From a virus (Duplodnaviria; Caudoviricetes): 63,892 nt of DNA. The DNA lies in the IMG/VR virus record IMGVR_UViG_3300033433_000002, positions 1-63,892 of that record; one strand, given 5' to 3'. Position 1 is the stretch's first letter, and each line of letters opens with the position of its first letter. The position numbers and the translations under genes are program-made. Below, piece by piece: positions 1 to 11,300 of this stretch. The notes beneath the pieces are model-generated. The model saw only the letters and a list, made by a program, of their open reading frames with translations, did no database searches and had not been told where the DNA came from.

Positions 1-127
1 TTAGAACCAGAAGGGTCATGGCCCAGGCAAGTTTCTGGATAGGCCCGAAAGCACTCTTAAATGATTCCTTGCTGAGAAGGAGAACAAAATAGCTTTCCTT
101 ATCTCTTTCCACCTTCTCTCTGAACTT
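1..127. repeat. Terminal direct repeat, copy 1 (assembly overlap of a circular genome)
   Basis: Bases 1-127 are identical to 63766-63892; 127 is a common assembler k-mer length. Confidence 0.97.
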
Positions 128-232
128 ATTAAACTCCTCCTTGAACTCCGACACTTTTTTATCAACCGAGCCGAGTTGTTCTTCGATATGAGCCATTTTA
201 ACTTCAAGTTCATGTATCTCAACAGGAGTCAT
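1..232 (-). CDS. 5' part of a 93-aa coiled-coil + C-terminal TM protein (holin/XhlA-like) spanning the circle junction
   Basis: ATG at 232 after GGAGGT; MTPVEIHELEVKMAHIEEQLG...LAWAMTLLVLSGVVAAGLSFILRKGG ends at TGA 63718-63716; not in the ORF track because it is split. Confidence 0.75.
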   Translation of the reverse strand, partial: MTPVEIHELEVKMAHIEEQLGSVDKKVSEFKEEFNKFREKVERDKESYFVLLLSKESFKSAFGPIQKLAWAMTLLVL

Positions 233-248
233 TCAGCGTACCTCCAGG

Positions 249-2015
249 TCAGAATGTGCCTCCACGAATGGTGACACCACTTTGCCTAACTCCAAGGGTC
301 AAGGTTGATTGAGCAGTTAAAGCATCGCTAATATTTCCCGCAGCATCCTTGCACCACGCATAACCTATCTTCAATCCATTGGTGGAAGCAAACGTAATGG
401 TTGATTGTGCCGAAGCTGCCCATCCCGATCCAGAACAGGTTCCCGAAGTAGGAGGTGTTGCAGAGGTATTCACACAATATCCCGTCACGCCCGTGGCATC
501 GGTGCAAGTGAAAGAGGATATAGTCACCGTTGCGGACAGCCCTGAATTGGTTGCAGGTAAAGTAAAAGCCGTAACTACTGGAGCAGTAACGTCCCCTTCA
601 ACGTCATATCCTGCCGTTCCTGCGGTAGAACTACAACTCCCTGTCAATCCGGTTAGTGGATGAGGGCAGGTATAAGCGGTATAAGTTGATCCATTCAACT
701 TCCCCTTCTTATTCACATCATCCCACCAATTTAGGCAGAAGGCTCCCCCATCTCCAACACAAGTATCATGGTTGATATAATCTCGCTTTGCCTGAAACAG
801 ATCATCACAACTGAAAGTTTCAGGAGCGCACACAGAAGCTTTACATGAATCCCAGCCAAAGGTCATATTAGCTGTTGCTCCACCACCCTGAATGTTATCC
901 CACTCAATCATAGGCCATTGAGTTATACCATTATCTCCTGTTGATCCTGGTTGTTGATAGCAACGGTATCCTGCATGATTCCCCGATCCTACGCATTGAT
1001 CTACTCCACCATCCCCTGCACATTGTCCTGTTGACCCACAAACAGGAGGGCTATTCACATCCGTAGCCGCACAAGCACGATAATACATAAGGTCATGCTT
1101 TGCCCCATAACTTGAATCTGCCCTGTTTCCCCAAATCAAGGCAGTTCCAGACCTTGCATGAAAAACAGGGTAATAACTTCCATTGGTAAAGTTGTTGCGA
1201 TAGACCTCCACGCTATGGGCAGCCGAGGATGAATCATATCCATGCCAACCAACTCCACTCCCCTTTACCTCATTATACCTGAATACCATTCTCACACCGG
1301 CCTTAGCGTCCATTACTCCATCGGCAAATCCTCCCTCTCCGTGATCGAAAGTGCAACCCTCAATATAAGTAGCATTAGCTGTTCCGAATTGAGGGTTTCC
1401 GTTCCAATAAGCATAACTCCCTTCTACATTCCCCCAAGGTGTTATATCCTGTCCTGTGCCTGTTGGATTATAAAAATAGCATCCGGTTACAACTCCTCCC
1501 CCCTGAGTGGCATCCCCGCCACTGCCAAAAATTACCGCCCTTCCTGTGGATTTACCAGACATATCAAAATAGATGTTTTTGATTATCTTTTTGAGAGACG
1601 TTCCCCTAATTGAGATTGTGGCTGTAACCCCTGTGGACATAATTAATCTCATATCCTTTATGGTCAGAGATATGGTCCCATCAGCCCTCACGTTGTTAAA
1701 CATGGCATCAGCCATTAAACCCGTAATCGCCGTATATGTTCCGCTTGGGCTCGTCCCCGTACCTCCTGTTCCTGCACCCTGAATAATAATGTCATGGGAG
1801 AAATTAGTTGAAGCCAATGCGGTAGTCCATGTTGATGTTCCTGCTGGAATCTGTACCGTTCCTCCTGCCGCAGCGTCAGCGGCGTTAATACAGGATTGGA
1901 CCTCTGCCACACTCACATCAACAGCCGTGTAGACAGTCCCGACTGGAACAGGACAAGCAGCCCATAGCATAGAAGGGATAAGTAAAAATATTAAAATTAT
2001 TATTTTATTGCACAT
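249..2015 (-). CDS. Signal-peptide-bearing, Cys-rich pectin-lyase-like beta-helix protein (tailspike/depolymerase-like)
   Basis: Likely start MCNKIIILIFLLIPSMLWA; VQIPAGT and IIIQGAG are typical beta-helix entry motifs; VFRYNEV and VEVYRNNF; many Cys. Confidence 0.6.
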   Translation of the reverse strand: MCNKIIILIFLLIPSMLWAACPVPVGTVYTAVDVSVAEVQSCINAADAAAGGTVQIPAGTSTWTTALASTNFSHDIIIQGAGTGGTGTSPSGTYTAITGLMADAMFNNVRADGTISLTIKDMRLIMSTGVTATISIRGTSLKKIIKNIYFDMSGKSTGRAVIFGSGGDATQGGGVVTGCYFYNPTGTGQDITPWGNVEGSYAYWNGNPQFGTANATYIEGCTFDHGEGGFADGVMDAKAGVRMVFRYNEVKGSGVGWHGYDSSSAAHSVEVYRNNFTNGSYYPVFHARSGTALIWGNRADSSYGAKHDLMYYRACAATDVNSPPVCGSTGQCAGDGGVDQCVGSGNHAGYRCYQQPGSTGDNGITQWPMIEWDNIQGGGATANMTFGWDSCKASVCAPETFSCDDLFQAKRDYINHDTCVGDGGAFCLNWWDDVNKKGKLNGSTYTAYTCPHPLTGLTGSCSSTAGTAGYDVEGDVTAPVVTAFTLPATNSGLSATVTISSFTCTDATGVTGYCVNTSATPPTSGTCSGSGWAASAQSTITFASTNGLKIGYAWCKDAAGNISDALTAQSTLTLGVRQSGVTIRGGTF

Positions 2016-2709
2016 AAGCCGCCACCGCCGGACAATTTGCCGAACCACCATCCCCTCCAAACGTCGAATATGATGCCGGAAAGTTAGCATAGACCGAGGT
2101 TCCCCTTGTAGGTTGTACTGGATCAACGATAAGATAATAGGTGTATAGATTATCACTTGGTATGTAAGCAATCATATAATCCCCAGAAGATACAACATAG
2201 GGAGTGCTAAGAGTACATTCTAACCATGTATTTGCAAGCCACGGACCTGCCGTACAAGATTCGCTTAATATTGCTCCGTTTAGTGCTTGAACATATAGGG
2301 CTAATTTCCCATAATAAGCCCCAGCCTCTCCAGATTTTATCCTAAATTTAGTAAGTGTCCCACCAACTGGGATATTAATGTTTGCTGAAAAAATAGTAGT
2401 AGTTCCAAATGCAAAGGTATAACCAGTCCACGTTGGTTCCACCGTTGGAGTAGCAGTACACGCATAGTACCAAGCGTTAGGACCACTAGCCGCCGCCACC
2501 CCTCCCCCCACCACGGTCAGATTCATGGTCTGTTGCATCTGAATAGGCTCATCTATTCCATTAGAGATACACCCCTGTTCACATTCAGGCCAGGAGGATT
2601 TGCCACAGTCGGTGTAGCCTGGGATGCAGAAGTCCTGGGCGAAGAGGAGAGAAACACAAATCATTAATCCAAGAATAAATAGTGCTATTCCTAAGATAAA
2701 AGTTTTCAT
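2005..2709 (-). CDS. Secreted protein, probable beta-sandwich (DUF4082-like C-terminus)
   Basis: Signal MKTFILGIALFILGLMICVSLLFA; Cys-rich N-terminus; GGTLTKFRIK..KLALY..WLECTLSTPYVV. Confidence 0.5.
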   Translation of the reverse strand: MKTFILGIALFILGLMICVSLLFAQDFCIPGYTDCGKSSWPECEQGCISNGIDEPIQMQQTMNLTVVGGGVAAASGPNAWYYACTATPTVEPTWTGYTFAFGTTTIFSANINIPVGGTLTKFRIKSGEAGAYYGKLALYVQALNGAILSESCTAGPWLANTWLECTLSTPYVVSSGDYMIAYIPSDNLYTYYLIVDPVQPTRGTSVYANFPASYSTFGGDGGSANCPAVAAYVQ

Positions 2710-3098
2710 GGTTTTATCAACCTCTTTCCATCGGTTTTGTAGCCCTTCTCCTTCAAGATCATTCCGAGAGGGATTAGAGTAGCTTCCGTCCGTTCCATCG
2801 TAGCAGCCTGATGAGCGTAATAATAAGCACTATTTAAATCTCCTATAGAGAAGTAGGCTATTCCTAAATGCTGGTAAGGGATGTAGTCTTTCCCACCTAT
2901 CTCGATAGATTTCAAATCCTCTACGATAGCTTCCTCAAATCTTTCTTCCATAATCAATTCATATCCAAGGTTCGTGTGAGGGCGTTCTTTGTTCGGAGAC
3001 TTTGAAACCGTATCTTTCAAGAGCGATACCCCAGAACCCCACACCCTATTTCTCTCATATGTTCCTATTCCAAAGGCTAGGATGATTAGAGCATACAT
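2706..3098 (-). CDS. Membrane-anchored TPR protein resembling the C-terminus of TMTC-like proteins
   Basis: One TM, then TYERNRVW..SLLKDTVSKSPNKERPHTNLG and TPR helices; start uncertain (3098-3164). Confidence 0.6.
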   Translation of the reverse strand: MYALIILAFGIGTYERNRVWGSGVSLLKDTVSKSPNKERPHTNLGYELIMEERFEEAIVEDLKSIEIGGKDYIPYQHLGIAYFSIGDLNSAYYYAHQAATMERTEATLIPLGMILKEKGYKTDGKRLIKP

Positions 3099-3105
3099 TA
3101 TAATA

Positions 3106-4773
3106 TCAGGGGACAGTAAACGTGCCATCTTTCCCATAGACCGTCCAGACATTGTTTTCACCACTTCCTACAACACAAACCCTTGCTCCCTTGGTTCCGT
3201 CTGAGGTAATCGTTCCTGCCGCACTTCCCTCGGTAGCCTTATCCCTAAAGTAGTCAGACCCTGCCGCTGCTAACTGGATGGTGTAGGTTCCCCTTGCAAT
3301 AGCACATAGACTTAAACCCGTAACCTTCGCAGGAAGGGTAAGAACTCCAAGCCGTATAATCTCAACGATTCCCCCTCTTGCAATCCTATCGCTCGTTCCA
3401 TCACAACTCACCCCAATCGTGCAAGTTCCGGTAGCAAGGGCAAGCACTTTTATCTTTGCACTTACACTTCCTGAAGTCACTAAATTTAGAGCCTGAGTGT
3501 CAACGTCCAATTCTGATATATCTATTGCCTTAACCCCATTTCTAAATAGTTTAAGGTTAGTCCCCTCTCCCGCCATACCATATGAGGATGGAGGGATTGT
3601 ATAGGTTGAGTTTGGTGTCATAGTTAAAGCCCTTTGCCCATCCACAGCCGTCGAGGTGTACCCACCTGCCGAAACTGTCCCTCCTATAGTCACATTTCCA
3701 CTAACATCTATTCTCATTCTTTCTTGGGTAACGTGTGAAGCATCTGCAACATTAAAGGCTAAGAATGAATTTGCACCCCCACTTCCAAAACCCGCACTAA
3801 TCCTTGCCATGCTTCCAAGAACGTATTTAAAATTGATTCCTAATATCGTCCCTGCCGCAGCACTCGTATCGGTTAGGGCAATCATATCTACATCAGATGT
3901 AAGAGCATTTCCGATGTCAAGATTAGCTGCGGGTGAAACATTCCAAATTCCCACATATCCCGTTGTTGGAGCAAGAGTTAAACGTGGAAGTAAAGGACTT
4001 CCAGTTCCAGCTATTGCGACCCCTAAAGATAACCTCCCCGCTGAGTTTTCAATGTAACTTTGCGCTCTGGCTGTATTTGTTAGAGTAGGAGTAGCTAATG
4101 TGCCTCCAAGGGTTCCGTCAAAAATTATATATTCTTTAAACACTCCCCCGGCACTTTTTATAACTGATAAATCCGTGTTTCCACCTCCAGCCGGTGTTCC
4201 CCCTCTGTAATAAAGTTGAGCGGTATCAGCAACCAAAGCCGGATCATTAAAAAAACCGCCACTTTTATAAACTCCTCCCAAAATTCCGCCCGTACTTTGT
4301 CTCCATAGTTGAGCATAAGTAGGAGCACTCGCAGGGTCTATACTTACGGAGAACTGGGAGTTTAATGCCGCCGGACTTCCTGCTATTCCAATATCAACCA
4401 ATCCCCCCGTGGCTACCCTCATTACATCTTTACCAGCTACATAGTCATAAATAGGTGCAAATTCTACCCCTCCAGTGTCCATTCCCGTTGTCCATAAAGG
4501 AGTTGCCCCATCATTCCAAACCAATCCCCAAGGTGATCCGGTCCCCCCTGTGCGTTTCATCGTAGTCCATGAACCGCTCATAATGGTCTGGAAATTCGTT
4601 GTGGTTACGGTTGCTCCTGCATTGAAGGTTAACGCCCCCGTGAACACCAAAGGATTCACCGTGACGGGGGAGGTAAAGGTGGAGGAGGAGGAGCCTGGAG
4701 GTGTGGGAGGGAAGGCGTAAGCAGTAGCCCCGATCAGAATAAACGCAATGATGAACGCAAGTAGTCTTTTCAT
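3106..4773 (-). CDS. Tail-fibre-like protein with N-terminal signal peptide
   Basis: MKRLLAFIIAFILIGATAYA; fibre repeats TTGYVGIWNVSPAANLDI and ERMRIDVSGNVTIG. Confidence 0.6.
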   Translation of the reverse strand: MKRLLAFIIAFILIGATAYAFPPTPPGSSSSTFTSPVTVNPLVFTGALTFNAGATVTTTNFQTIMSGSWTTMKRTGGTGSPWGLVWNDGATPLWTTGMDTGGVEFAPIYDYVAGKDVMRVATGGLVDIGIAGSPAALNSQFSVSIDPASAPTYAQLWRQSTGGILGGVYKSGGFFNDPALVADTAQLYYRGGTPAGGGNTDLSVIKSAGGVFKEYIIFDGTLGGTLATPTLTNTARAQSYIENSAGRLSLGVAIAGTGSPLLPRLTLAPTTGYVGIWNVSPAANLDIGNALTSDVDMIALTDTSAAAGTILGINFKYVLGSMARISAGFGSGGANSFLAFNVADASHVTQERMRIDVSGNVTIGGTVSAGGYTSTAVDGQRALTMTPNSTYTIPPSSYGMAGEGTNLKLFRNGVKAIDISELDVDTQALNLVTSGSVSAKIKVLALATGTCTIGVSCDGTSDRIARGGIVEIIRLGVLTLPAKVTGLSLCAIARGTYTIQLAAAGSDYFRDKATEGSAAGTITSDGTKGARVCVVGSGENNVWTVYGKDGTFTVP

Positions 4774-4782
4774 CTTCTCACC

Positions 4783-5289
4783 TCATTTAACGAATGTAAG
4801 TTCGACGGTTACGACGGCGCTATCCACACTGTTCCCGGTGATTGCCAAGGTCAATGGTCCTACGGTGGGTGAAAAGCCACCACTGGCAGGGAAGGCGAAG
4901 GTCTTCACCCCGACCGTGGTGCTGTTGCTGATTGCCGAGGCTCCCTTTGTTCCCATGAGATCGAACCCAGAAGCATCTTTAATGGTGTACGAACTTGAAT
5001 TTGTGATTTGTGTCGCACCGGAGAGCGTTTCGACGGAGTAAAGATACCATCCCCACAAGAGTTTCGATGCAGTAGCGGTCCCACTTATAACCGTCGAGGG
5101 GAATGTATGAGCTGACACATCAGCGGTGCAGGTGTAGGTCACAACATAGACCCCCGCATCCTTCTGCCCCGTGGAAAACGAAGTGTCATGGATAAAAGAT
5201 GGGCCTGACGCGGTACAGGTGCCCACGGCAAAGGCGTTTGAAGCAAGCGCCAACCAGAGAAGCATGAGAAGAAGAAGTAACCGTTTCAT
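4783..5289 (-). CDS. Signal-peptide-bearing beta-rich protein (putative virion appendage)
   Basis: MKRLLLLLMLLWLALASNAFA; GGAGG RBS; two Cys. Confidence 0.55.
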   Translation of the reverse strand: MKRLLLLLMLLWLALASNAFAVGTCTASGPSFIHDTSFSTGQKDAGVYVVTYTCTADVSAHTFPSTVISGTATASKLLWGWYLYSVETLSGATQITNSSSYTIKDASGFDLMGTKGASAISNSTTVGVKTFAFPASGGFSPTVGPLTLAITGNSVDSAVVTVELTFVK

Positions 5290-5311
5290 ATTAGCCTCCG
5301 TGAAAAGGATT

Positions 5312-8300
5312 TTATCTCAAACTGTTTTCCTTGTAGATTCTCCGTTGTTCGCTAAACGATTGATTTACTAGCGGTTTCGATTCTCTCAGGGTTTCCTTGT
5401 AAAACTTCGTCGCCTGATCCAATCGTTTCCGCTGGTCCTCATCGAGAGATTGTTTGAATTTGTGCTTGTCCTTCCCTGAAAGCCCCGAGAGGGGATCCAT
5501 TCTCTTTAGGGATTCTTTGATGTCGCTTTTCTTGCCTCCGAGAGAGATGTATTCCAGCATATACTTGTCGAGGGCTTCCCTGTCTTCGTATCGCAAAGAA
5601 AGTTTAATGTTATAGAGGGCGTTCGCTTTAGGGGTGAGCCAGAACCCTTCCGAGGCCTTACCCTGTTTCTCCAGCCATCTTCTCTTGTCCTCCATGACGT
5701 CAGAGTATGCGGCCTGTCCGGGGTCTACGGAATAGACCAGAAAGTTCTTCAGGCTTTCCTCGTATCCCCGGGATGGGAGGCCAGCGACGGCCGTGTACTC
5801 GTTTTCCAGTCCTAGACTCCTGGCCAGATACAACCCCGTATTTCTTATAGGCTGAGGCTTGAAGATGTCTGGGAAGAGTGACCGTCCCGTAATCAACTCG
5901 GCAGGGGTCTTAATAAATGGAGTGACTCCTTGAACTACGAGATTCACCGGAGACTTTACCATATTCTCGGAAATTTCTTTCAGGGTCATCTCTCCCTTGA
6001 AATATTTGTCAACGTACTTGGGTGCTTCTCCGAGTCCGAACCAATCCAGGAAGTCCCCGAGTGCGCCGATCCGATTAAAATAGATGATCTTTCCGTCTTT
6101 GTCTCTCCCTAGAATGATATGGGGTTGTGACTTCTGATCTTCCGAGAGTTCTTCTTCCTCGTCAGGGAATCGGGTATGGTTCCAGACCTGCAAGGCTGAC
6201 CAGAACGCCGTGGCCATGATCAAGAATTTGCCTACCCTGAAGGCCATGAATGGGGTTTTCGCTAGGGTCCCGAGTGCTGCCCTGCCAACCGTCTGAGAGA
6301 ATTGACCGTCACTCGCAGCGTTCTTGGCAAATTGCACATACCTTCTGAAGTTGACCTCTTTCCAAGACCAAAACGGAAACACATATTTTCTCAAGGCATT
6401 ACCCATCACGGAAACCCTGTCATACGCTCCCAGAAGATCATTAGAAAGCCAGTAAGCCCGGTCCCTGATGTCTGAGAGTCCCATGATTTCTTCAGGCTTT
6501 GAACCTCCGAAGTTCTTAGGTTTACCCTCAGGGTTCTTTTTCATCTGATCCAGGTAATTTAGATAGTTCGCATACCTGAGAAGGGCTTCCCGGGCATCTG
6601 TGGCTATTCGTGCCGTTTCCCAATACTTCTTCCATACTCCCTTGGGAATGTCTTTGACTCCCGGATGTTGGTCTCGGTAAAGACGCTCAAATACCCACAG
6701 GTCCTTCAATTCCCCCATTTCCTGAGCCTGAAGGTTCGCGCTGAATCCCCCCCGATCAAAGAACTGCTTCAACTCTCCGGTGATCTCTTTCTTACCAAAG
6801 AGGGTGGCACCTATCTCCCTAGTGGCCCTTGGAGCATCGGAAAATCCTCGAGGATTTCCAACAAAAGCGGCATCGGCGTCACCCGTCATGTTCCGGATGT
6901 TATATTTGAGCATCCTTCTCGGAGAGATAAGCTGCCAAACCTTCCAGCCTTTCAAGAGAGCTCGGTCTGCGTTTCCGATAACCGAATCAGACCTTCCCTT
7001 TGAAAGCTCATCCAGGGTGGCGATAATCTCATCTTTAAGAACAAACTGTTTCCTCTTCCCTCCCATAGTGAGGGCCCTTCGAATATCCTCCTTCGACACT
7101 CCGAGTTCTTCCAGGGCACCGGTATGGAGTTGTTCGGCCAGTTGAGCCGGGATGGAATCGGCCATGTAAAAGATATTTCCTTCTCTCGGCTGCCAGGTGT
7201 TATATCCCTCCGGGATTATGGTTTCCCATGTCTGGAAAGCATCGGCGGCCTTTAGTGCCTCTTCGATATATTTCTTCTTGCCAGAAATACCCTTAAATAT
7301 GAGTGCCGCGGCCTGCCCTTCTGGGGTCTCTGGGTAGTTCTTCAACAGCCAGGCAAGATAAGGAAGGGTTCCCTCGTGGCTTCCACCAGAAGCGATCGAG
7401 TCAATGACCTCTGACCATTTCTGAGAAGGGAGATCCGGGAGACTTCCATCCTCCGCAAACCTCTGGAGTTTCTTGAATCCCATGGCCTGCTTCAAGTTGA
7501 GGGTTCGCCTGTAAAGGGATTGGGCAAGGTCCTCGACGGTCATCTCCTTGCCTTCGGCGTTCTCCATCCCGGGGTGCCATGCTGCTTGTGCCATGGGACG
7601 GAAAACCATGTCCATGATAGCGGTGTTGTTCATTCCCTTCGCCCGGGCCTTCAGGTCGGACATGATGTTGTAATTCTCATCAACGTTCTTGATTGTCTTG
7701 GCAACCTGGATGTCGTAGAGCATTTGGGAAACGACTTCGTATTCCGGCTGAATGAAGTCCCGGTTGATGTCGAGTTCCGAGCCTGCCCTTTTCTTTAAGA
7801 ATCCCCTTCCAGTAGGGGTCTTTAGTTTCTTTCCGGTCCCGAACAGGCCCTTCAGGTTGACGTATTCAAGGATCTGATGTCTGAAGTAGTTTTCGTTTTT
7901 CAGCCTGTCATCCACATCAAACCCTATATCCTTCATGGTACCAGTGTATTCAGTCTTGATCGTGTCCCACATCTGCTTTCGTTTATCGAGGGCTGCCTTA
8001 ATCTCCGGTCTCTGATCGATCAAGGCATTGATCCGGTCCAGTTCTGGGCCAACAGTATCCTTTGTCAATCCCCAAGGCAGGTCATGGCCCTTCTCGACTT
8101 CCCTCGCGAGGTCATCTAGGATCACCTTTCTGGTAAATAGGTCGTAATTCTCACCCTTCAGCCCCGATAGGACTTTCGCCAGGGTCACAATGGCGTCATA
8201 GGAAGCAACCCCTTTTTGCTTGGCCAACTTATTCAGGTCGAATTGAAGTTGCGAAAACTCCTTGTTCCTCGGAAGGTTCTCGTACTGCCGCGTCATCTTG

Positions 8301-11300
8301 TGCCAGATGTCGGTAAAATACTCTCCAACCTGAGAAAGAATGGGTTCTCCCTTGGGTAGGGATTCCTGGTAGGACTTCTCGACGGCTGGATCTGCAAACT
8401 CGAATGCGGGGCGCTCTGGGGATGAGGGACGGCCAAAGACAACCCTGCCGGCTGATTTTTCCCCTGCCCTCGCCTTTCGAAGTGCTTCTAGGTCACTGTG
8501 GCCATGTGCGACAATATCCTCTGCAGACCTTTCTGGTGGGGTCGCCCTTATAATCGGGTTGTTATCAAGAAGTTTTCCTATGGCCTCAACCCCTTTTTCA
8601 GAGTTCGGAATAAAATACCTAGTTTCCCAATTAACCCTCTCCTGTTCCACCCCATAGGACTTGATAAGGGATGCTTCCCCGTAAGAAGGTCCCTTTATTT
8701 CAACCCGTTCCTCTCCCTGCACCTTTCTCCTTATGATCGTCCACCCATTCGCAAGTTGAACCGTATAGGAATGGTGAAAGACGTTATTTATGACTTCTTG
8801 CGGTGTCATCTTTACGGCTGTTGTTTCTGCTCCGAGCCTTTCCCTTACACTTGACACCAACGTTGGAGGGATGATCCTCCCGAGCATCCTCTCTCCTTTA
8901 TCGGTCTGTAACCTGACAACCCGGGCATGGCCCTCGGGAAGCCGGTTATAGATGGGAAGTAAGGCTCCAGTCACAAGGTATTGCCGGTCCTTTACCTCTT
9001 TTGGAGTGACTTCGTACTCCTTCTGCCAAAGATCCTTGGCTTGTGCCTTGGTCAGTTTGACATATTTCTCGGGGTCGTTTATGTCCTCCGATTCAAGGTT
9101 GTGGACCCCATAGTTCATTCCGGTTGCGGTATAAGCCGTGGTGACATCTCCGGTCCTGGCGTTCGTCTTTGATTTTGCCTCAGAGAGAGCCCACACCCTT
9201 CCGCTTTTTATGTTTTGAACATATCCACCCTTTGAGAATCTGTCTGACTTCTCCCACGGGATGATATGGGCGTCCCGGGTCAAGTCGAGTTCCACGAATT
9301 TTGTCTTGGCGCCGGTCCTCGGATCGGTATAGACTACCTGTTCGCTAATCTTCTCAATCTTGTTTGCCCTCACGGTTTCGAGGCCTGCGTCAAGGGTTCC
9401 ATTCTGAATCGCCTTGGCTATCTCTAGGTCTAACTTCTCGGAGAAGAGGTCAAATACCTTATCCTGCATATCAATCTTCATTGAGAGGATACGATTCAAG
9501 AACTGTGGAACTTCTGGAATGGCCGTTACGTTCAAATTCCCAGTCCGGTCATCAATCAGGTTTATCCCGAGCTGGTCCGAAAACTCTCTCAGCGTCATGT
9601 CTGGGACGTTCCCGCGCGAAACATCTTCAACGAGAGCATCCAAGGCGTCATTCGCATACTGGCTTTCAAGGTTGTCACGCTCAGAGAATAAACCCTGTCC
9701 TCCGGTCTGACGCTGACCTTTCGTTAAAGCCCCGAGTTGGTCGAGCCTTCTGGCGATCGACGAAATGAACCGCTTTTGTCCCTTCAGGTCCGTGGTCACA
9801 AGGAAATACTCGGGAGGTTGAGCCTGGTTTGTTCTATGAGTTCGGCCCAACCCTTGAACCGCCCTATCTGCCCTCCAGCCTGGTTGAACCAGGTAGTGCA
9901 TCCTCGGGCTCTGATTCTTCGCGGTAAGGTCGGCGTGGTAACTCCGTCCTGTCCCTCCTGCGTAGGTGAAGGCAAGGATTTGCTTCTTGTTATTCATAAA
10001 GGCATCGGCATCATTCATCGCCTTCGCCTTCGATCTCTTGTCTACTATCCGGTGGGTTCCTTTTTCGTCGGTGACTTCGATAACCCTTCGTGTCCTTCCG
10101 GAAACCTCAGCAACCTTGTCTACCCCGAAATGGTTGATGATCATATCCAGCGGATTGTCCGGGACCTTGATGCTTCCAAGCCTATCAAGAAGGGCATCAC
10201 GCATGGCTACGGCTTCAGCGTTTTGGACGGGATTACCATTCGAATCTACCGTAAGTTCAGATTTTATATTTCCATCTGCATCCATAACCTCATGGTATTC
10301 GTTCACTGGAAAACTGTGTTGTATAAACTGCATCAGTTGTTCCCGGGGGGTGAGATCAAGGTCTTCAAGGGTGTCTTCCTCTTCCATCTTGGAAAGCGCC
10401 CTGTTTGTCGCCGCTTCGTTCGTATTGACGAGCTGAAGAACAACGGAATTTCCCTTACCCAAATCTGTCTCAATATTCTTTACCACGGTAGGCATCTGCA
10501 TAGCCGTGATGATCTGGTTGAAGAACCTTTGATGATTTCCCCAAAAAGCTGACATGGCGGCTGATTTTGCCTGTCCATTAAGGGTTTGTGGTCTTCCCGT
10601 CTGTGGGTTTGGTGATGTAACCCCTGTTGCTTCGAGGGCTGCGTTAATGTTCTGGAGGACGATTTGCCATGCCCCTGCCAGCTCGTCGTAGACTTCCCGC
10701 TGCGCCGGGGTCAAGGTATGTTCCATCCGGGAGTATTTCACCCCATCATAGGAAAGCGACCGAGCCGTATATTTTCCCATGGCCTTCAGGTTGCTGGCCA
10801 CCATTTCGAGATTTGCCATGCCGCCGCCACTGATCTTATTGATAAAGTCGTTCACATCTGCGAAGGCTGCCCCCTGGCCCCACAATCCGAGGCGTCTCGC
10901 ATAAGCGAAGTTCATTACCTCTGTGGCTCCGGTTGCAGAGACATAGACTATCCTTGCGTTCGGGAGAGCGTTTTGAAGTGCTATCCCAGAGAGAGCTTTT
11001 GCTGAGGCCTTCTTCCTTCCCCTGGTTCCCTGCGTTTCGATGGCGTTACCCATATTGTGAGATTCATCGAAAGCGATAACTCCGTCGTAGTCCTTCCCAA
11101 ACCAGTCAATGAGCTGATTTAGGCGCGACACTTCAGGGGCAGCGGGTTGTCCTGGTTCCGTAACCTGTTTCTTTTTCCATCGAAGAAGGTCATATCCGAC
11201 AAAGGCAATTCCTTCTTTGTTCTTTACCTGAGATCCAGCCTTGATCTTCCCGAAGTCGAAAACGACATCTGGGTTAAATCCAGTCCCCTTGACATCCCTC

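Noticed and set aside
1-127. Biological terminal repeat
   Set aside because: Length equals a common assembly k-mer and it falls mid-gene; best read as a circular overlap
16-222. 68-aa ORF from the track
   Set aside because: Wrong frame; the RBS-supported gene starts at 232 and crosses the junction
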